Origin: a virus
Reading direction: 5' to 3' (one strand)
DNA: 64,000 nt
IMG/VR virus record: IMGVR_UViG_3300042923_000524
Span: 32,001 to 96,000 of that record
Shown: positions 1-10,710 of the stretch, in pieces
Layout: each line of letters begins with the position of its first letter
How positions within the stretch are numbered: the first letter of the stretch is position 1
Notes under the pieces: generated by a model
Database searches by the model: none
What the model was told of the DNA's origin: nothing
What the model saw: the letters and a program-made list of their open reading frames with translations, nothing else
Position numbers and translations under genes: made by a program

Positions 1-1464
1 TACAACCATTTGTGAACTATATCCCCCATCATCATTACAACTATTCCAACAATCTAACTCTTTCATTATCTCAGCAGATTGTTTTGCAGTTACACCCTTA
101 GATGTTCCACTTCTTCCATCCACAACAACTAAAACAAAACTTCCATCTTTCTTTTGTCCAAATAATGTTCTAGGATGCCTTTCAGTTGAGTGACTAAACT
201 TTTCGCTATTCTCTAAATTAATAACTCCATTCTGAATCAAACTCCATGATGTTCCAATTGCCCAATATGCTTTAGCTTGTAAATTTGATAATAAAACTTT
301 ATCATATCCGTTTAAATTCTTAATCTCCGTGTGTCCGTCTTTATAATAAATAAAGTCTATAAATGAACTTGAAGGTGGAGAGTAATATAATCCATCATCA
401 ATAAGCATGCCTAGATGTTCTGGTATTGCCGAAAAATTGAAGAATCCACAATTTATACCTGCAACAACTTTCTTACCTTCCTTTTTCTTATTGTTTATTA
501 TAGTTTGAACTGTTTCTAATTTACCTCTAACTCCTAAGTCAACATCTACAAATTCATTTTTAGAAGTTGTGTACATATAAACATCTGAATCAAATCTACG
601 AATCTTTTGATAGCCTTTTATTTCAGTTATAGCAGGTTTTATTGGTTCAGTTGGTTTAATAATAGGTTTTGCTACTTTTAAAGCATTCCAAGTATTTTTA
701 CCAACAATACCATCTGAGGTAAGTTTATTATCTGTTTGGAATTGCCTTACAATTTTATCAGTACCTACTCCAAAATCTCCATCAACAATAATTGTATATC
801 CTAAGTCTTTAAGCTTTTGTTGTAATGTCTTTACATCATTGCCTTTAGAACCTTTTTTCAAAGTTGGTAATATCACTTTAGTTTCCTCTTTCTTCTCTTC
901 GATTGGTTTTACAGTTGCATTTTTTACATAGATATTTATATCTTCAACAAATTTATTCCAACCATTTTTAGCAAGTATCACACGAGGGCAATATTTCCCA
1001 GACCAATCCTGATGCTTGAATATTTTTAAAGTGGGATAAGTTAAAATAAGTGATGCATTTAATTTTTTCGCATTTTCTTCAGCTTTGTCAACATTGGCAT
1101 TTTCACATATCTCTATTGAAATAGTTTTATAATTACCATCACCTTTACCATCACCTGCATTAAAAGTTACTTCATCTAATGGAATAGTTTGGGTTATAGA
1201 GTCTTGGTCTACAAATAAATGAACTGAAACATATTGTTTATCGTCATTTTCTACGTTTTGTATCCACTTAGCATGAACCTCATCCCCTGCCGATGGTGTA
1301 GAATTTCCTGTATTATGATTAGTAATACCAATACATTCTTTCATTTTAATAAGTGTTCTTACATTTGTTTTGCCTTTAGGTTCAACTATTTGAATTTTAA
1401 CTGGAATATCATCAATGAATTTATCTTGAATTATTCCATTTATAATAGTTAGTTTTTTTAACAT
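1..1464 (-). CDS. Endolysin (3' end runs off the window): Amidase_2 + PG_binding_1 + phosphodiester-glycosidase (NAGPA/DUF2233-like) domain
   Basis: Hand translation from ATG 1464 (RBS AAGGAGG). Amidase motifs HNTG, HLFVD, SIEICEN; PG-binding PTLKKGSKGNDVKTLQQKL..DGDFG..T..DGIVG..TW; C-terminal HPRTLFG..VVDGR..DGGYSSQM. Missing from the ORF track because it has no stop in the window. Confidence 0.85.
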   Translation of the reverse strand, partial: MLKKLTIINGIIQDKFIDDIPVKIQIVEPKGKTNVRTLIKMKECIGITNHNTGNSTPSAGDEVHAKWIQNVENDDKQYVSVHLFVDQDSITQTIPLDEVTFNAGDGKGDGNYKTISIEICENANVDKAEENAKKLNASLILTYPTLKIFKHQDWSGKYCPRVILAKNGWNKFVEDINIYVKNATVKPIEEKKEETKVILPTLKKGSKGNDVKTLQQKLKDLGYTIIVDGDFGVGTDKIVRQFQTDNKLTSDGIVGKNTWNALKVAKPIIKPTEPIKPAITEIKGYQKIRRFDSDVYMYTTSKNEFVDVDLGVRGKLETVQTIINNKKKEGKKVVAGINCGFFNFSAIPEHLGMLIDDGLYYSPPSSSFIDFIYYKDGHTEIKNLNGYDKVLLSNLQAKAYWAIGTSWSLIQNGVINLENSEKFSHSTERHPRTLFGQKKDGSFVLVVVDGRSGTSKGVTAKQSAEIMKELDCWNSCNDDGGYSSQMVV

Positions 1465-1567
1465 AATATAACCTCCTTTACTTTTATTTAAATTAATGCT
1501 ACACTAAATAAAAGCAAGGGATTACTGTAGAGATACGTCCACCATAACTTTTTCTACACCCTTGTTT

Positions 1568-2095
1568 TTATATTTCTTCCTCATTCTTTGTTACCATATT
1601 TTCATTAAACATTTCATCTTTTTTTCTTTCTAACATATTTAATATAGGTCTAACTTTTGTAAATCCTGCTTGTATCATATTTTCAAATACTGAAATCATG
1701 TCAAGTATAATTATCACACTGTATATAAAATTTGAAATTATTACTCCAAATCCTAACTCTGGAATTACAGATGTTTGATGTGCAAAATATAATAATATTG
1801 CATAGAAAAATATCTTCGTAAATAAACCCTGTTTCAACTTCTTACTAGATAAAATACCATCTTTCCATGCTACATAAAAAGTTTTTAATGTAAACTCCTT
1901 ATAATGTTTATGTACTTCGCTATACCAACGAGTTAATATATCTACTATTACCAAAGCAATAATAAAAGTGATAACCCCTTTTGGATATCCTATAGCTGTT
2001 AAGAAAACCGTAAGTACAAAACTAAATATTATTCCACCCTTTTCAAATAAATAATTCCATACTGTTAAAAATTTACTCATAATAATGTCACTCAT
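1568..2095 (-). CDS. Holin (phage holin family 4-like)
   Basis: Multi-TM protein directly upstream of the endolysin; D-x-L-T..W and SVFEN motifs typical of this family. Confidence 0.75.
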   Translation of the reverse strand: MSDIIMSKFLTVWNYLFEKGGIIFSFVLTVFLTAIGYPKGVITFIIALVIVDILTRWYSEVHKHYKEFTLKTFYVAWKDGILSSKKLKQGLFTKIFFYAILLYFAHQTSVIPELGFGVIISNFIYSVIIILDMISVFENMIQAGFTKVRPILNMLERKKDEMFNENMVTKNEEEI

Positions 2096-2165
2096 AAAAT
2101 CAACCTACCTTTTTCTGTATATTTATCTATAATTAATACATTTCTGTACACCTTCCTTAAATTCC

Positions 2166-3164
2166 TTATGACACTCGTTTTATAATTTCTTCTATTTTAT
2201 CAGAATCCCAATATGGTATTTCTAATAATTTTATATTATTTGTTTTACAATAATTATATTTAATTTCATCACGCATTTTTGTACCCTCAAATGCCTTTAT
2301 TGCTTCTTCCTCAGAAACACCACGAAAAGTTCGAGGCTTATAATGTTGTTCTCCCTGATATTCAATTAGATACTTTAATTTAGTTTTCTCTTTATCTTCA
2401 AAGATTGCAAAATCAAATCTTAAAGGATAAATATTTCTACAATCACTAAACATATACTGTCTAGTATGTGAAATATCATTATTTATTAAAATTTCTTCGA
2501 TTTTACTTTCTCCTCTTGAAGCAGGAGTACAACTTGGGCATCTGCTACCAGAATTTAAGAAGTTACTTGCTTTCATAGGAAATTGACAATGACAATCTTC
2601 TACATTGTGTTCTAATATCACGGGAATATTGCACATTATATATTCACTTATTAATATATACTCATCTCCTACAGCTTTTTTAAGCTTTCTTTTAAACTCA
2701 TCTTCCCCTCTAGCTTTGCCTTCGCATTTTGGGCAAGTTCCTTTTGATTTAAATATATGAGACGGACTAACTTTCCATTGATAATAATCTCCATCTGGAC
2801 ATTTGTGTTCAATTAAAATTTTTTCATCGGTATTAGTAAAACATTCTAATACATTATAAACATCACCAAACTTTTCATTTAACTTTTTCAAAAACTTTTC
2901 GTGTTTTACTAAATTAATCTTTTTAATCTTTTTGGGTAGTTTTTCATAAACTGTTCTACGCTTATACATAAATTCATTAGCATAACAAATTGGACATCTA
3001 TATCCATCCACAAATAATTCAGGGGTTATATAAAACTCATGATGTTTACAATTATCGTGTTCGTGTCTAAACAATATCTCTTCAGAATATCCATTATATT
3101 TCCAAAATATATACTTATCTTCTTTGATTTCTTTTATAAAATTAGTAAATTCTTTATTATCCAC
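2166..3164 (-). CDS. Free-standing endonuclease: CxxC Zn-ribbon repeats + C-terminal PD-(D/E)xK/Vsr-like domain
   Basis: Repeated GxRCPxC; LRFDFAI..LIEYQGEQHY..RDxIK..IPYW. Likely start GTG 3164 after AAGGAAG (track start 3182). Confidence 0.75.
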   Translation of the reverse strand: MDNKEFTNFIKEIKEDKYIFWKYNGYSEEILFRHEHDNCKHHEFYITPELFVDGYRCPICYANEFMYKRRTVYEKLPKKIKKINLVKHEKFLKKLNEKFGDVYNVLECFTNTDEKILIEHKCPDGDYYQWKVSPSHIFKSKGTCPKCEGKARGEDEFKRKLKKAVGDEYILISEYIMCNIPVILEHNVEDCHCQFPMKASNFLNSGSRCPSCTPASRGESKIEEILINNDISHTRQYMFSDCRNIYPLRFDFAIFEDKEKTKLKYLIEYQGEQHYKPRTFRGVSEEEAIKAFEGTKMRDEIKYNYCKTNNIKLLEIPYWDSDKIEEIIKRVS

Positions 3165-3207
3165 AATATTACTTCCTTTCACTTTAAAACTTTTTACTAT
3201 AAATAAT

Positions 3208-3239
3208 AAAAGAGACTAGGCACTAGGCTTAGTCTCTTT
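3208..3239 (-). terminator. Hairpin/intrinsic terminator overlapping the 3' end of the small ORF
   Basis: AAAGAGACTA-N-TAGTCTCTTT inverted repeat followed by a T-run on the minus strand. Confidence 0.55.
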
Positions 3240-3395
3240 CCATTCAATTATTGCTTTTTTAAAATCTTCATCCTCTATAAATATATAGAATTGCATTTTT
3301 GTTTGAGGATGAAGTCCTATAATTTTATATCTTATTCCTTTGATATTTACTAACCAATTCATAAGATTTTTACTATAGCATGGGAATAATTCCAT
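3216..3395 (-). CDS. Small 59-aa protein, DUF5659-like (MELFPCYSKNLMNWLVNIKGIRY..HPQTKMQFYIF..EW)
   Basis: Hand-translated ORF below the track cutoff; CYS..L..G.RY..H..T..F pattern. Confidence 0.55.
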   Translation of the reverse strand: MELFPCYSKNLMNWLVNIKGIRYKIIGLHPQTKMQFYIFIEDEDFKKAIIEWKETKPSA

Positions 3396-3443
3396 ATATT
3401 TTCACTAACCTTTCGTTCAATTTATGATTTTGTTGAAATACAA

Positions 3444-5996
3444 TTATGCTTTAATTACTTTAACTTTCCATGTTCCACTTGCTAAGTCAATAACTCCACC
3501 TGTCTCATTCTGAATCCTTATCTTTATAGTATCTGTTCCTGATACATATCCATTACAAGTGATACCTTGTAAATCGTATGGCGCAGATACCAAAACAAAA
3601 TCGCCAAGGGATGCACCAGTTACAGTTATTGCAGATGATGTTTCACCCACTCCATCAGCTAATGAAGCAGGATTCCAAGTTATAGAACCTTGCAAGTCTA
3701 TTTGTCCGTATCCCTTCCATGTTCCACCAGACGCACCCGATGTAATACACTCATAACCTGTATAACCACCTGCAACTGGATTTGTTTCGTATACAAATTG
3801 TCTTTTCCTTCTATAACCTGTAGTTGGTACTCCTGTTGATATTCCACCATAATCAACTATGCGAGTTCCATCGGTTTGGATTATTTGATTATGGAACTGA
3901 GTGATTAAATCTCCCTCAATTACAATTGGCTCACTATCAGGAGTAGGTGTTATTAAATACATTTCATTATTCTTTGCATTTCCAATTGTCATATTTCTAA
4001 TTAAACCATATCCACTAGAACTACCTCTTCTAGTAATCTTATTATCTATCAATCTATAGGTTGTAAGTGCATTACCCGTAATATAAGTAGTAACATCTAT
4101 ATCATTATCTTTTAAGATGATTTGACTTTCTGCTACTGAAAAACTCATTGTTAAATTTCCAGTATGTTTTATTTTGCACTTTTCTATTACTGCCTTGCAT
4201 GGGTAACTTGTAGCATCCATTGACAACTGAATATTACCTTCATCAACCCCAAATAAATACAAGTTTTTTGGAGACCTTGCAGCAAAAGCAAATTTTGAAG
4301 TATCAGCACCATTAGGATGTTTTAATCCTTTTACAACTACGTTACCTCCTGTATTAAAGAAGTATACAGAATAATCAATGGCTGAAACTGTTACATTGCC
4401 TGTGGTTTCCAAGTCTTCATTATAGTCTGCTTTGTAATCGGTATCGGCAGCAGCCGAAGAAGTTTTGCGATAATACCATTTACACTTCAAGTTAGTGTTT
4501 TTTACAACACCACCACAATTAGGATGAAATACTCCTGCTTCAAAATTACAGTTTTCAGTTACAATATTAAATCTATCGCCGATACCAGAACCACGCAAGT
4601 ATAAGTCAACCACGTAATCTAATAATTCAGCAAATGCAGATTGATTTACTCCTGTAGTTCCCTTTGCGGTGCAATTTATAAACTTAGCTGTTAGTCTTGT
4701 ATTAGCGTCAACTGTAGAGGTAATGGCTCTGAACGCATGACCCCTAGCACCAATACTATGGCAATTTCTTAATTCAACTTCTATTTCTTCTGAACCTGTA
4801 GCAACTATAGCATATGATGTTTGTGGTACATTATTAATATAACAATCATTAATTGTTACCTTCTCACAGTTTCCTACGGCAAGTCCGTTCATGGCTGTAC
4901 CATCTAAAGATGCATCAAATGTTACATCTTCAAAACCAAAAACATGAACATTTACACTCTTTGCTGGTGTTCCTGCATAGGCAACCCTTGTTGTATAATT
5001 ATTGCCATTTAAGTAACCATAGTATTCAATTCCAACAACTTTACCTATTACCAATATACAACCACCATAATTACCTGGTGTACCTGTGTAATTAAATTTT
5101 GCACCATAGGCTATTATCGTAACATTGCTACCCCATACTACAAGAGTGTTGCTGTTTATTGTATAAGTAACACCTGCTCTAAATATAACAACTCCACCAT
5201 CTACACAAGCTGCATCAACAGCTTTTTGACAATGTATCCAGTCAGTACCACCATACATTTCAGGAGTGTAATATTTCGCAGTTTCAGCCAAATGCGACGT
5301 AACTTCATTTTTAACTTCACTTACAGCACCTACTAAATTACTCTTTTCAGTAGTAGTAAGATTAGATAAAATTCCGATTTCATTGTCAAAATATTGATAT
5401 TCAGTGTCTAGTCTATCTTTTAAATTATCATAAACAACAGGTAATGCAGGAATATCATTAGTTCTAGCATTATATGTTTCACCATATTCTGCATTTAATC
5501 TCTGTCCTAATATCTCATATTCAGTACCAGTATTAGCATCTACTCTTGCATCAACAACTTCTGATGCTTGTTGTGTATTAGCTAGAAGAAAATTCAATCT
5601 TTGAACAAGTTCTTTCATTCCACCCTCAACATGAATAGAGGTGAATAGATTATCTAAATCTTCAAGTTTGACGCGTTGGGCATAGAGATATTTTATTCCA
5701 CGACCTGCGTAGACTGATATATTTACACTAGTACCTTCGAGGTCTGGGTGAAAATACACAATTGAGCTTCCATAGTCCACCTTAAATTCAGTAGCGTTTC
5801 CTAATTCTGTATTTATTTTTTGTTCATACATTCCAGTTATAACTACTTTTGCTGATTCAGAAGGCAATTGTGCTAGTAATACTTGACTATCATATACTAC
5901 ATGTGGTTCATTATAAATTAAAACAGTAATGGGATTTCCATTGCTGTCACGGTTGAGTTCAAGTTCAAAAGGAGCTTGAAACGATTGTATACTCAT
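3444..5996 (-). CDS. Tail fibre / receptor-binding protein with a beta-helix (pectate-lyase-like) region
   Basis: Position in the tail module; N-terminal baseplate-attachment region; YxTPEMYG..GG.V.F beta-helix entry motif; G/N/T-rich repeats. Confidence 0.7.
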   Translation of the reverse strand: MSIQSFQAPFELELNRDSNGNPITVLIYNEPHVVYDSQVLLAQLPSESAKVVITGMYEQKINTELGNATEFKVDYGSSIVYFHPDLEGTSVNISVYAGRGIKYLYAQRVKLEDLDNLFTSIHVEGGMKELVQRLNFLLANTQQASEVVDARVDANTGTEYEILGQRLNAEYGETYNARTNDIPALPVVYDNLKDRLDTEYQYFDNEIGILSNLTTTEKSNLVGAVSEVKNEVTSHLAETAKYYTPEMYGGTDWIHCQKAVDAACVDGGVVIFRAGVTYTINSNTLVVWGSNVTIIAYGAKFNYTGTPGNYGGCILVIGKVVGIEYYGYLNGNNYTTRVAYAGTPAKSVNVHVFGFEDVTFDASLDGTAMNGLAVGNCEKVTINDCYINNVPQTSYAIVATGSEEIEVELRNCHSIGARGHAFRAITSTVDANTRLTAKFINCTAKGTTGVNQSAFAELLDYVVDLYLRGSGIGDRFNIVTENCNFEAGVFHPNCGGVVKNTNLKCKWYYRKTSSAAADTDYKADYNEDLETTGNVTVSAIDYSVYFFNTGGNVVVKGLKHPNGADTSKFAFAARSPKNLYLFGVDEGNIQLSMDATSYPCKAVIEKCKIKHTGNLTMSFSVAESQIILKDNDIDVTTYITGNALTTYRLIDNKITRRGSSSGYGLIRNMTIGNAKNNEMYLITPTPDSEPIVIEGDLITQFHNQIIQTDGTRIVDYGGISTGVPTTGYRRKRQFVYETNPVAGGYTGYECITSGASGGTWKGYGQIDLQGSITWNPASLADGVGETSSAITVTGASLGDFVLVSAPYDLQGITCNGYVSGTDTIKIRIQNETGGVIDLASGTWKVKVIKA

Positions 5997-6016
5997 TGTT
6001 ATACCTCCTCATAATT

Positions 6017-7036
6017 TTATATTATTTTTCGTAATTTTCCATATTTTTCATCATTCAAACTTAAGCCAATATTTAAAATATAATGACAATGCCCCTTTTT
6101 ATCTAATTTAAACCATTCTAGTGCTTTATTAAATTCTTCTTTTAATATTTCATCAGTAGGTAAATAATTTCTTATAGACACAATTTTAAATAATTTCCAA
6201 CCATCATATTTTAAAGTCTGATATCTTTTAATTTCTCTTTTATCAAATTCTTCTTGTGTAAAATTTCCATGCCTAACGGATAAATCATGCCCACTTCCAT
6301 CAAATTCTATATAAATTTTTTCATCGGGAAACGCTATATCTAATACATACTTATTATCATAATTTAATTCCCCACCAAATAATTCATGTAAATATTTTTG
6401 AGGTGCAGAACATGGTATTAATCCCAATTTTATAATGTTCACCCTTCTTTTTTCTTTTCTACAAAATCTACACCTTTGTCCTCTTTGAAAATGTACTAAA
6501 TCAATTTCATCCTCATTACCACAATTGCACTTATATCTTAATTTAGTTTTTTGATTTTTATATTCTGTTGATAATAATTCACAACCCTCTTTAGTGAATA
6601 TTTTTTTAACTTCTTCTAATGTAAATCTTAAAGCGTTACCAACCTTTACTCTTGCACATTCTCGACACCTGTTGCCATTTTTAAATGAGTTATAAGTAAT
6701 TTTACCAATATTACCACATGAGCATTTATAATCTAAAAGAGTTTGTGCATTTATATATTCTTTAGATATAAGTTCACAATCATTTTTTTTAAAATAATTA
6801 TAAACATCTTCATACTTTAGCCTTTGATTATCAATTACTATTTTATTTTTACATTTCATACAGCCTCTACCACACAATAAATTATTAATAGAAACCCTAC
6901 TTTTATGTCCACAGATTATACACTCATAATTAATAGCTGTTGTAGAATTTTTAAATTCACTTTCTAATATTAATGGTTTAAGATTTCTTTCTATAAATAA
7001 ATTTACCATGCCTTTATATGTATGTCTTTTACCAAT
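6017..7036 (-). CDS. Free-standing Zn-ribbon-repeat endonuclease (Vsr/DUF559-like C-terminus)
   Basis: Y.CSCGN..GxRCxxC repeats; LDIAF..IYIEFDG.GH. Proposed ATT start at 7036 (track start ATG 7009). Confidence 0.7.
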   Translation of the reverse strand: MGKRHTYKGMVNLFIERNLKPLILESEFKNSTTAINYECIICGHKSRVSINNLLCGRGCMKCKNKIVIDNQRLKYEDVYNYFKKNDCELISKEYINAQTLLDYKCSCGNIGKITYNSFKNGNRCRECARVKVGNALRFTLEEVKKIFTKEGCELLSTEYKNQKTKLRYKCNCGNEDEIDLVHFQRGQRCRFCRKEKRRVNIIKLGLIPCSAPQKYLHELFGGELNYDNKYVLDIAFPDEKIYIEFDGSGHDLSVRHGNFTQEEFDKREIKRYQTLKYDGWKLFKIVSIRNYLPTDEILKEEFNKALEWFKLDKKGHCHYILNIGLSLNDEKYGKLRKII

Positions 7037-7084
7037 AATTAACCACTTCCTTTGAATATATTTAATAAATTTTTATATTAATTA

Positions 7085-7303
7085 TTATTTACTTTCTTCT
7101 TTCACTACCTTCACTGCATTTTCAATCTTTTCAGTTCTTATAGGTTTAACTCTAAAAGGCTCTTGTAATATTTCATATACTTTCATAAGCTTTGTAGCCT
7201 CTGCAAAACCTACAAAATGAAATGTATTAACTATATTCAATAATTCTTCTATTTTATCTTTTGAATATGAGACTTGTTGTGAGTTGTTAGGGTTATTTAT
7301 CAT
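7085..7303 (-). CDS. Hypothetical protein (tail module)
   Basis: 72-aa ORF with RBS, co-oriented with tail genes. Confidence 0.55.
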   Translation of the reverse strand: MINNPNNSQQVSYSKDKIEELLNIVNTFHFVGFAEATKLMKVYEILQEPFRVKPIRTEKIENAVKVVKEESK

Positions 7304-7383
7304 AGAAACTTCCTTTCTTTTTCTTTTTATTATTTTTGATATAATATATTTTAAATAATTTTATATTTATTATTAAAAAACTA

Positions 7384-7411
7384 TTGCAATTTTTGGAAAT
7401 AGTAGTATAAT
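7384..7411 (+). promoter_or_regulatory. SigmaA-type promoter of the plus-strand moron
   Basis: TTGCAA-16-TATAAT. Confidence 0.55.
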
Positions 7412-7463
7412 TGAATTAAGAAGTGAAAATAATAATAAATATAAAAATATATTATTTAAGGAG

Positions 7464-8153
7464 ATGTTATTTATGTTTAAGAAAATGTTTAATAAGCAAA
7501 CTTTAATAGCTTTTGTATTAGGAGGATTGATGTTCTCATCCATTCCTGTTTTTGCTGAAACTATTCAATATGTTTTTACACAAAGCAATTGCAAGTTAAT
7601 TATTGATGGCAAAGAATACAGTAATCCTGATATTCCTGTTACTTTGTATTTAAAAGACCAAAGTAACTATGCTCCTTTGGCTGTTATCAGAGATATATGT
7701 TTAAAACTTAATATTCCATTTGAGTATGATAATACAACAAAGGAAATTAATATTACTACTACAAGAAAGGAGGAAATTGTATTGAGTGAAACTGTTACAT
7801 CGATTGAAACAACAACAACAACTGAAACAATTACCACTGAACCAACAAATAATCTTATTACTTATGAAGAAGACGGATTGACAATTGTTGAGTTGGATAA
7901 TGTAAAATATATTAGATTAAATAGCTTAGATGAAAAACTTAGGAGTATAAACTATAAAATTTGGAACAAAACAATTACAACAACTTATTTACGTTATGGC
8001 AATGATGATGAAAATTTATCTGAACCAATTAATTTATATGGAAGAGGACTTGTTGGATTAACAGGATATAAAAAATTTAATGATAGTTTTGTCTATATGA
8101 AATATAATGATTACTTGAATAAAATAAAACCACTTATAAAAACAGGAGAATAA
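7464..8153 (+). CDS. Secreted protein with a copper-amine-oxidase-N/stalk-like domain (moron)
   Basis: Signal peptide ..FVLGGLMFSSIPVFA; KLIIDGKE..YAPL..I..L.I.FEYD..TKEINI; opposite strand to the tail operon. Confidence 0.65.
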   Translation: MLFMFKKMFNKQTLIAFVLGGLMFSSIPVFAETIQYVFTQSNCKLIIDGKEYSNPDIPVTLYLKDQSNYAPLAVIRDICLKLNIPFEYDNTTKEINITTTRKEEIVLSETVTSIETTTTTETITTEPTNNLITYEEDGLTIVELDNVKYIRLNSLDEKLRSINYKIWNKTITTTYLRYGNDDENLSEPINLYGRGLVGLTGYKKFNDSFVYMKYNDYLNKIKPLIKTGE

Positions 8154-8168
8154 AATCTCCTGTTTTTT
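8138..8168. terminator. Bidirectional intrinsic terminator between convergent genes
   Basis: AAAACAGGAGA-N6-TCTCCTGTTTT with A/T runs on both sides. Confidence 0.75.
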
Positions 8169-8169
8169 A

Positions 8170-10710
8170 TTATGGTATCAATACATCTGTTATTAATCCA
8201 TTGCTAACAGTAATTATAGTTCCAGTAGTAATTTCATATATTCCATCAGCAGTATCTTTAATAGTTGCTCCACTAAAATCAACTAAACCATCAAAAAGTA
8301 CAGCACCATTCGTATACCCATATTCACCACTGTTTACAAGATGAATGGCATTAGTTGAACCATTGCTTGCGAAGTGTACAAAAGAAAAAGATACTCCAGA
8401 TTTATATATTGCCCCTACATTCATTGCGCTCCCATCTCCAGCACCAAAGATACAATAAGGCACTGTAAACCCACCCAATTCTTCAAATCCAAAACTCATC
8501 TTTTCAAGTCCATCATTCCAAAATTTTATATTTTGTTCTTCTAGTACTATATAGTCATTTACAATTGAACTGGTTCTAAGTTTCTTGGCAATAAGGTTTC
8601 CACCACTATCCAGAACTATCCTATCCTCCCAGACCTGTGCTTCTTGAGTTCCAGTATTAGCTCTAATATAGAAACCTAACTCTGGTGACATATCTATTTT
8701 GTATCTTTCAACAGCATCTATTATAGTAGTCATTTTTATAAATCCATTATCAATGTAGAGACAAGGTTTATTTAAACTGTCCAATCCGAGATATATTGCA
8801 TTTCTAAAATTATTTAATTCTTCATTAAAAATATCAATTTGAATACCATTTCCTCTTGTAATTGCTACACGACTTGTTTTGTCAGAGGTTTCCATATAAA
8901 GACCATTAGCCGAAAGCAAAGTATAATATGTCTCCCAACTGTCTTCACTAAAAATAATTTTGTCATTTTTTAGTTGAATTGAACCAGTTCCACTGATATC
9001 CGAACCAATAAAACCACGTTGAGAAATGTAGTTACTTCCTGCTTTTATGGTATTTTCAATAATTGAATCAGTATAAACAACTCTATCTCTATCATCAACA
9101 TATTTACTATAATCATATTTTTTAACTTCAATTTGATTAGCTACATCAGTAGTTAATTTAAAGATATTCTTGCCTAATAATGCCAAATCATTTTCTAATT
9201 TATCAGTGTTGCTAAAACTCATACTTAAACTATTACTTATAGGGTTATGTGAATAAGCAACTAATCTAATAGGATAATAATTAAAACCTAATTCAGGACT
9301 ATCAATACTTATAAAACTTCCTATATTGATATTTGCCCTATTTACTTCGCCTTCTTTGCAACTAAAAATATCTATACTATCTAAATCGAATGTTATAGGA
9401 GTTTGAGAAACTTTTATAATATATTGTTTGGCATATTCATATAACTGTTTTGCATCACTAACTTGGTCAAAAGAAATACTTTGCTCCTTAACAAAATCTA
9501 TCAACTCTTCAAGCTGAGCCTGAGTAAAGTTATTTTCATAACTTAAAGTATTTCTTAGAATCAATATATTAGCATTTACAGTATTTATGTTTGCTTGAAT
9601 TGCACTTATCTCATCTTCTTTGTTTTCTATTTCAATCTCTTTATCCTGCAAATCATCAAATATTGAATCGTATGCGGAAGTGTTTGAGGAATATGTATTC
9701 TTCTCTAAATCGAGTGCATCTTCAATTTGTGCTTTTTCACTATTCAACGCCACTAATTCATTTTGTTTTAATAGTTTATTTGTTTCATAACTATCAAGTT
9801 GATTTATATATGATGTAAAATCTCCATCTTTTGTTGCTAATAGTGTTTTATAATTATTCCATGCACTTTTTAAACTGCCTGAGAAATAGTCATTATCAAT
9901 AAACCAATCAAAATTTTCTACATAATCTCTACCAGTAATATTGTATTTATATATACCAACATTATCTTTACCTGTGATAGTAAGTCTAGTTATCAATTGG
10001 TCAAATTTATTTTCATTAGAAATTGATTTTATAAAATTTGTATCTGAAAGAACTAAATTGGTTTGTTCCCCTAATTCAGATTTTTCATATATATTAATTT
10101 CTTTGTTAATGCTATCGAAAACTATGAAGCAATTATATTCTTTCTCTAATGATTTAAACACGTCAGTATATGAGGAATCTGAAAAATCAAAACTGTGATA
10201 GATGTTTAGATTAGGATTGATATATCCTATACTCCAAGAATCATATAAGTAATTAGTTAAGAGTAAATTTAAAATTCCACCCTTTGTATTATCATTGAAA
10301 TCATATGGGTTTACAAAATCATATAATTTTCTAGTGTCTTTATATCCTCTTAATCTCTTGTTGTTGAATATATATTCTGCATAAGCAATACAATCAATAG
10401 ACTTTTTAATTGTATTATTACTACTTTTGGTAGGTTGATTAATTACAAAGTATTCGCTATATATTATTGTGTCATCTTCTTTTATATTCATCAATACAAG
10501 AAGCAATCCTTTTGTTAAATCAAAGTTTTCATCTTTGATTCTAGTCCAACCATTCTGATAATATGATAATTCAAAATTTAATTCGTTAAAACTATCAAAT
10601 CTAGGACTGAATGTTAAATCTGTGTATTCTAATGTACCTATTTCATTTCTGAGTGAACCGCATAATATAAGTTCATAAAAATATTTTTTATTTAATAGCT
10701 GACCTATCAA
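8170..10710 (-). CDS. Tail-associated (Tal / prophage endopeptidase-tail-like) baseplate protein
   Basis: Follows Dit; prophage tail motifs (L.TRL.I.GKD..I..NITG.DY.E.F.WF); central coiled coil. Confidence 0.7.
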   Translation of the reverse strand: MIGQLLNKKYFYELILCGSLRNEIGTLEYTDLTFSPRFDSFNELNFELSYYQNGWTRIKDENFDLTKGLLLVLMNIKEDDTIIYSEYFVINQPTKSSNNTIKKSIDCIAYAEYIFNNKRLRGYKDTRKLYDFVNPYDFNDNTKGGILNLLLTNYLYDSWSIGYINPNLNIYHSFDFSDSSYTDVFKSLEKEYNCFIVFDSINKEINIYEKSELGEQTNLVLSDTNFIKSISNENKFDQLITRLTITGKDNVGIYKYNITGRDYVENFDWFIDNDYFSGSLKSAWNNYKTLLATKDGDFTSYINQLDSYETNKLLKQNELVALNSEKAQIEDALDLEKNTYSSNTSAYDSIFDDLQDKEIEIENKEDEISAIQANINTVNANILILRNTLSYENNFTQAQLEELIDFVKEQSISFDQVSDAKQLYEYAKQYIIKVSQTPITFDLDSIDIFSCKEGEVNRANINIGSFISIDSPELGFNYYPIRLVAYSHNPISNSLSMSFSNTDKLENDLALLGKNIFKLTTDVANQIEVKKYDYSKYVDDRDRVVYTDSIIENTIKAGSNYISQRGFIGSDISGTGSIQLKNDKIIFSEDSWETYYTLLSANGLYMETSDKTSRVAITRGNGIQIDIFNEELNNFRNAIYLGLDSLNKPCLYIDNGFIKMTTIIDAVERYKIDMSPELGFYIRANTGTQEAQVWEDRIVLDSGGNLIAKKLRTSSIVNDYIVLEEQNIKFWNDGLEKMSFGFEELGGFTVPYCIFGAGDGSAMNVGAIYKSGVSFSFVHFASNGSTNAIHLVNSGEYGYTNGAVLFDGLVDFSGATIKDTADGIYEITTGTIITVSNGLITDVLIP

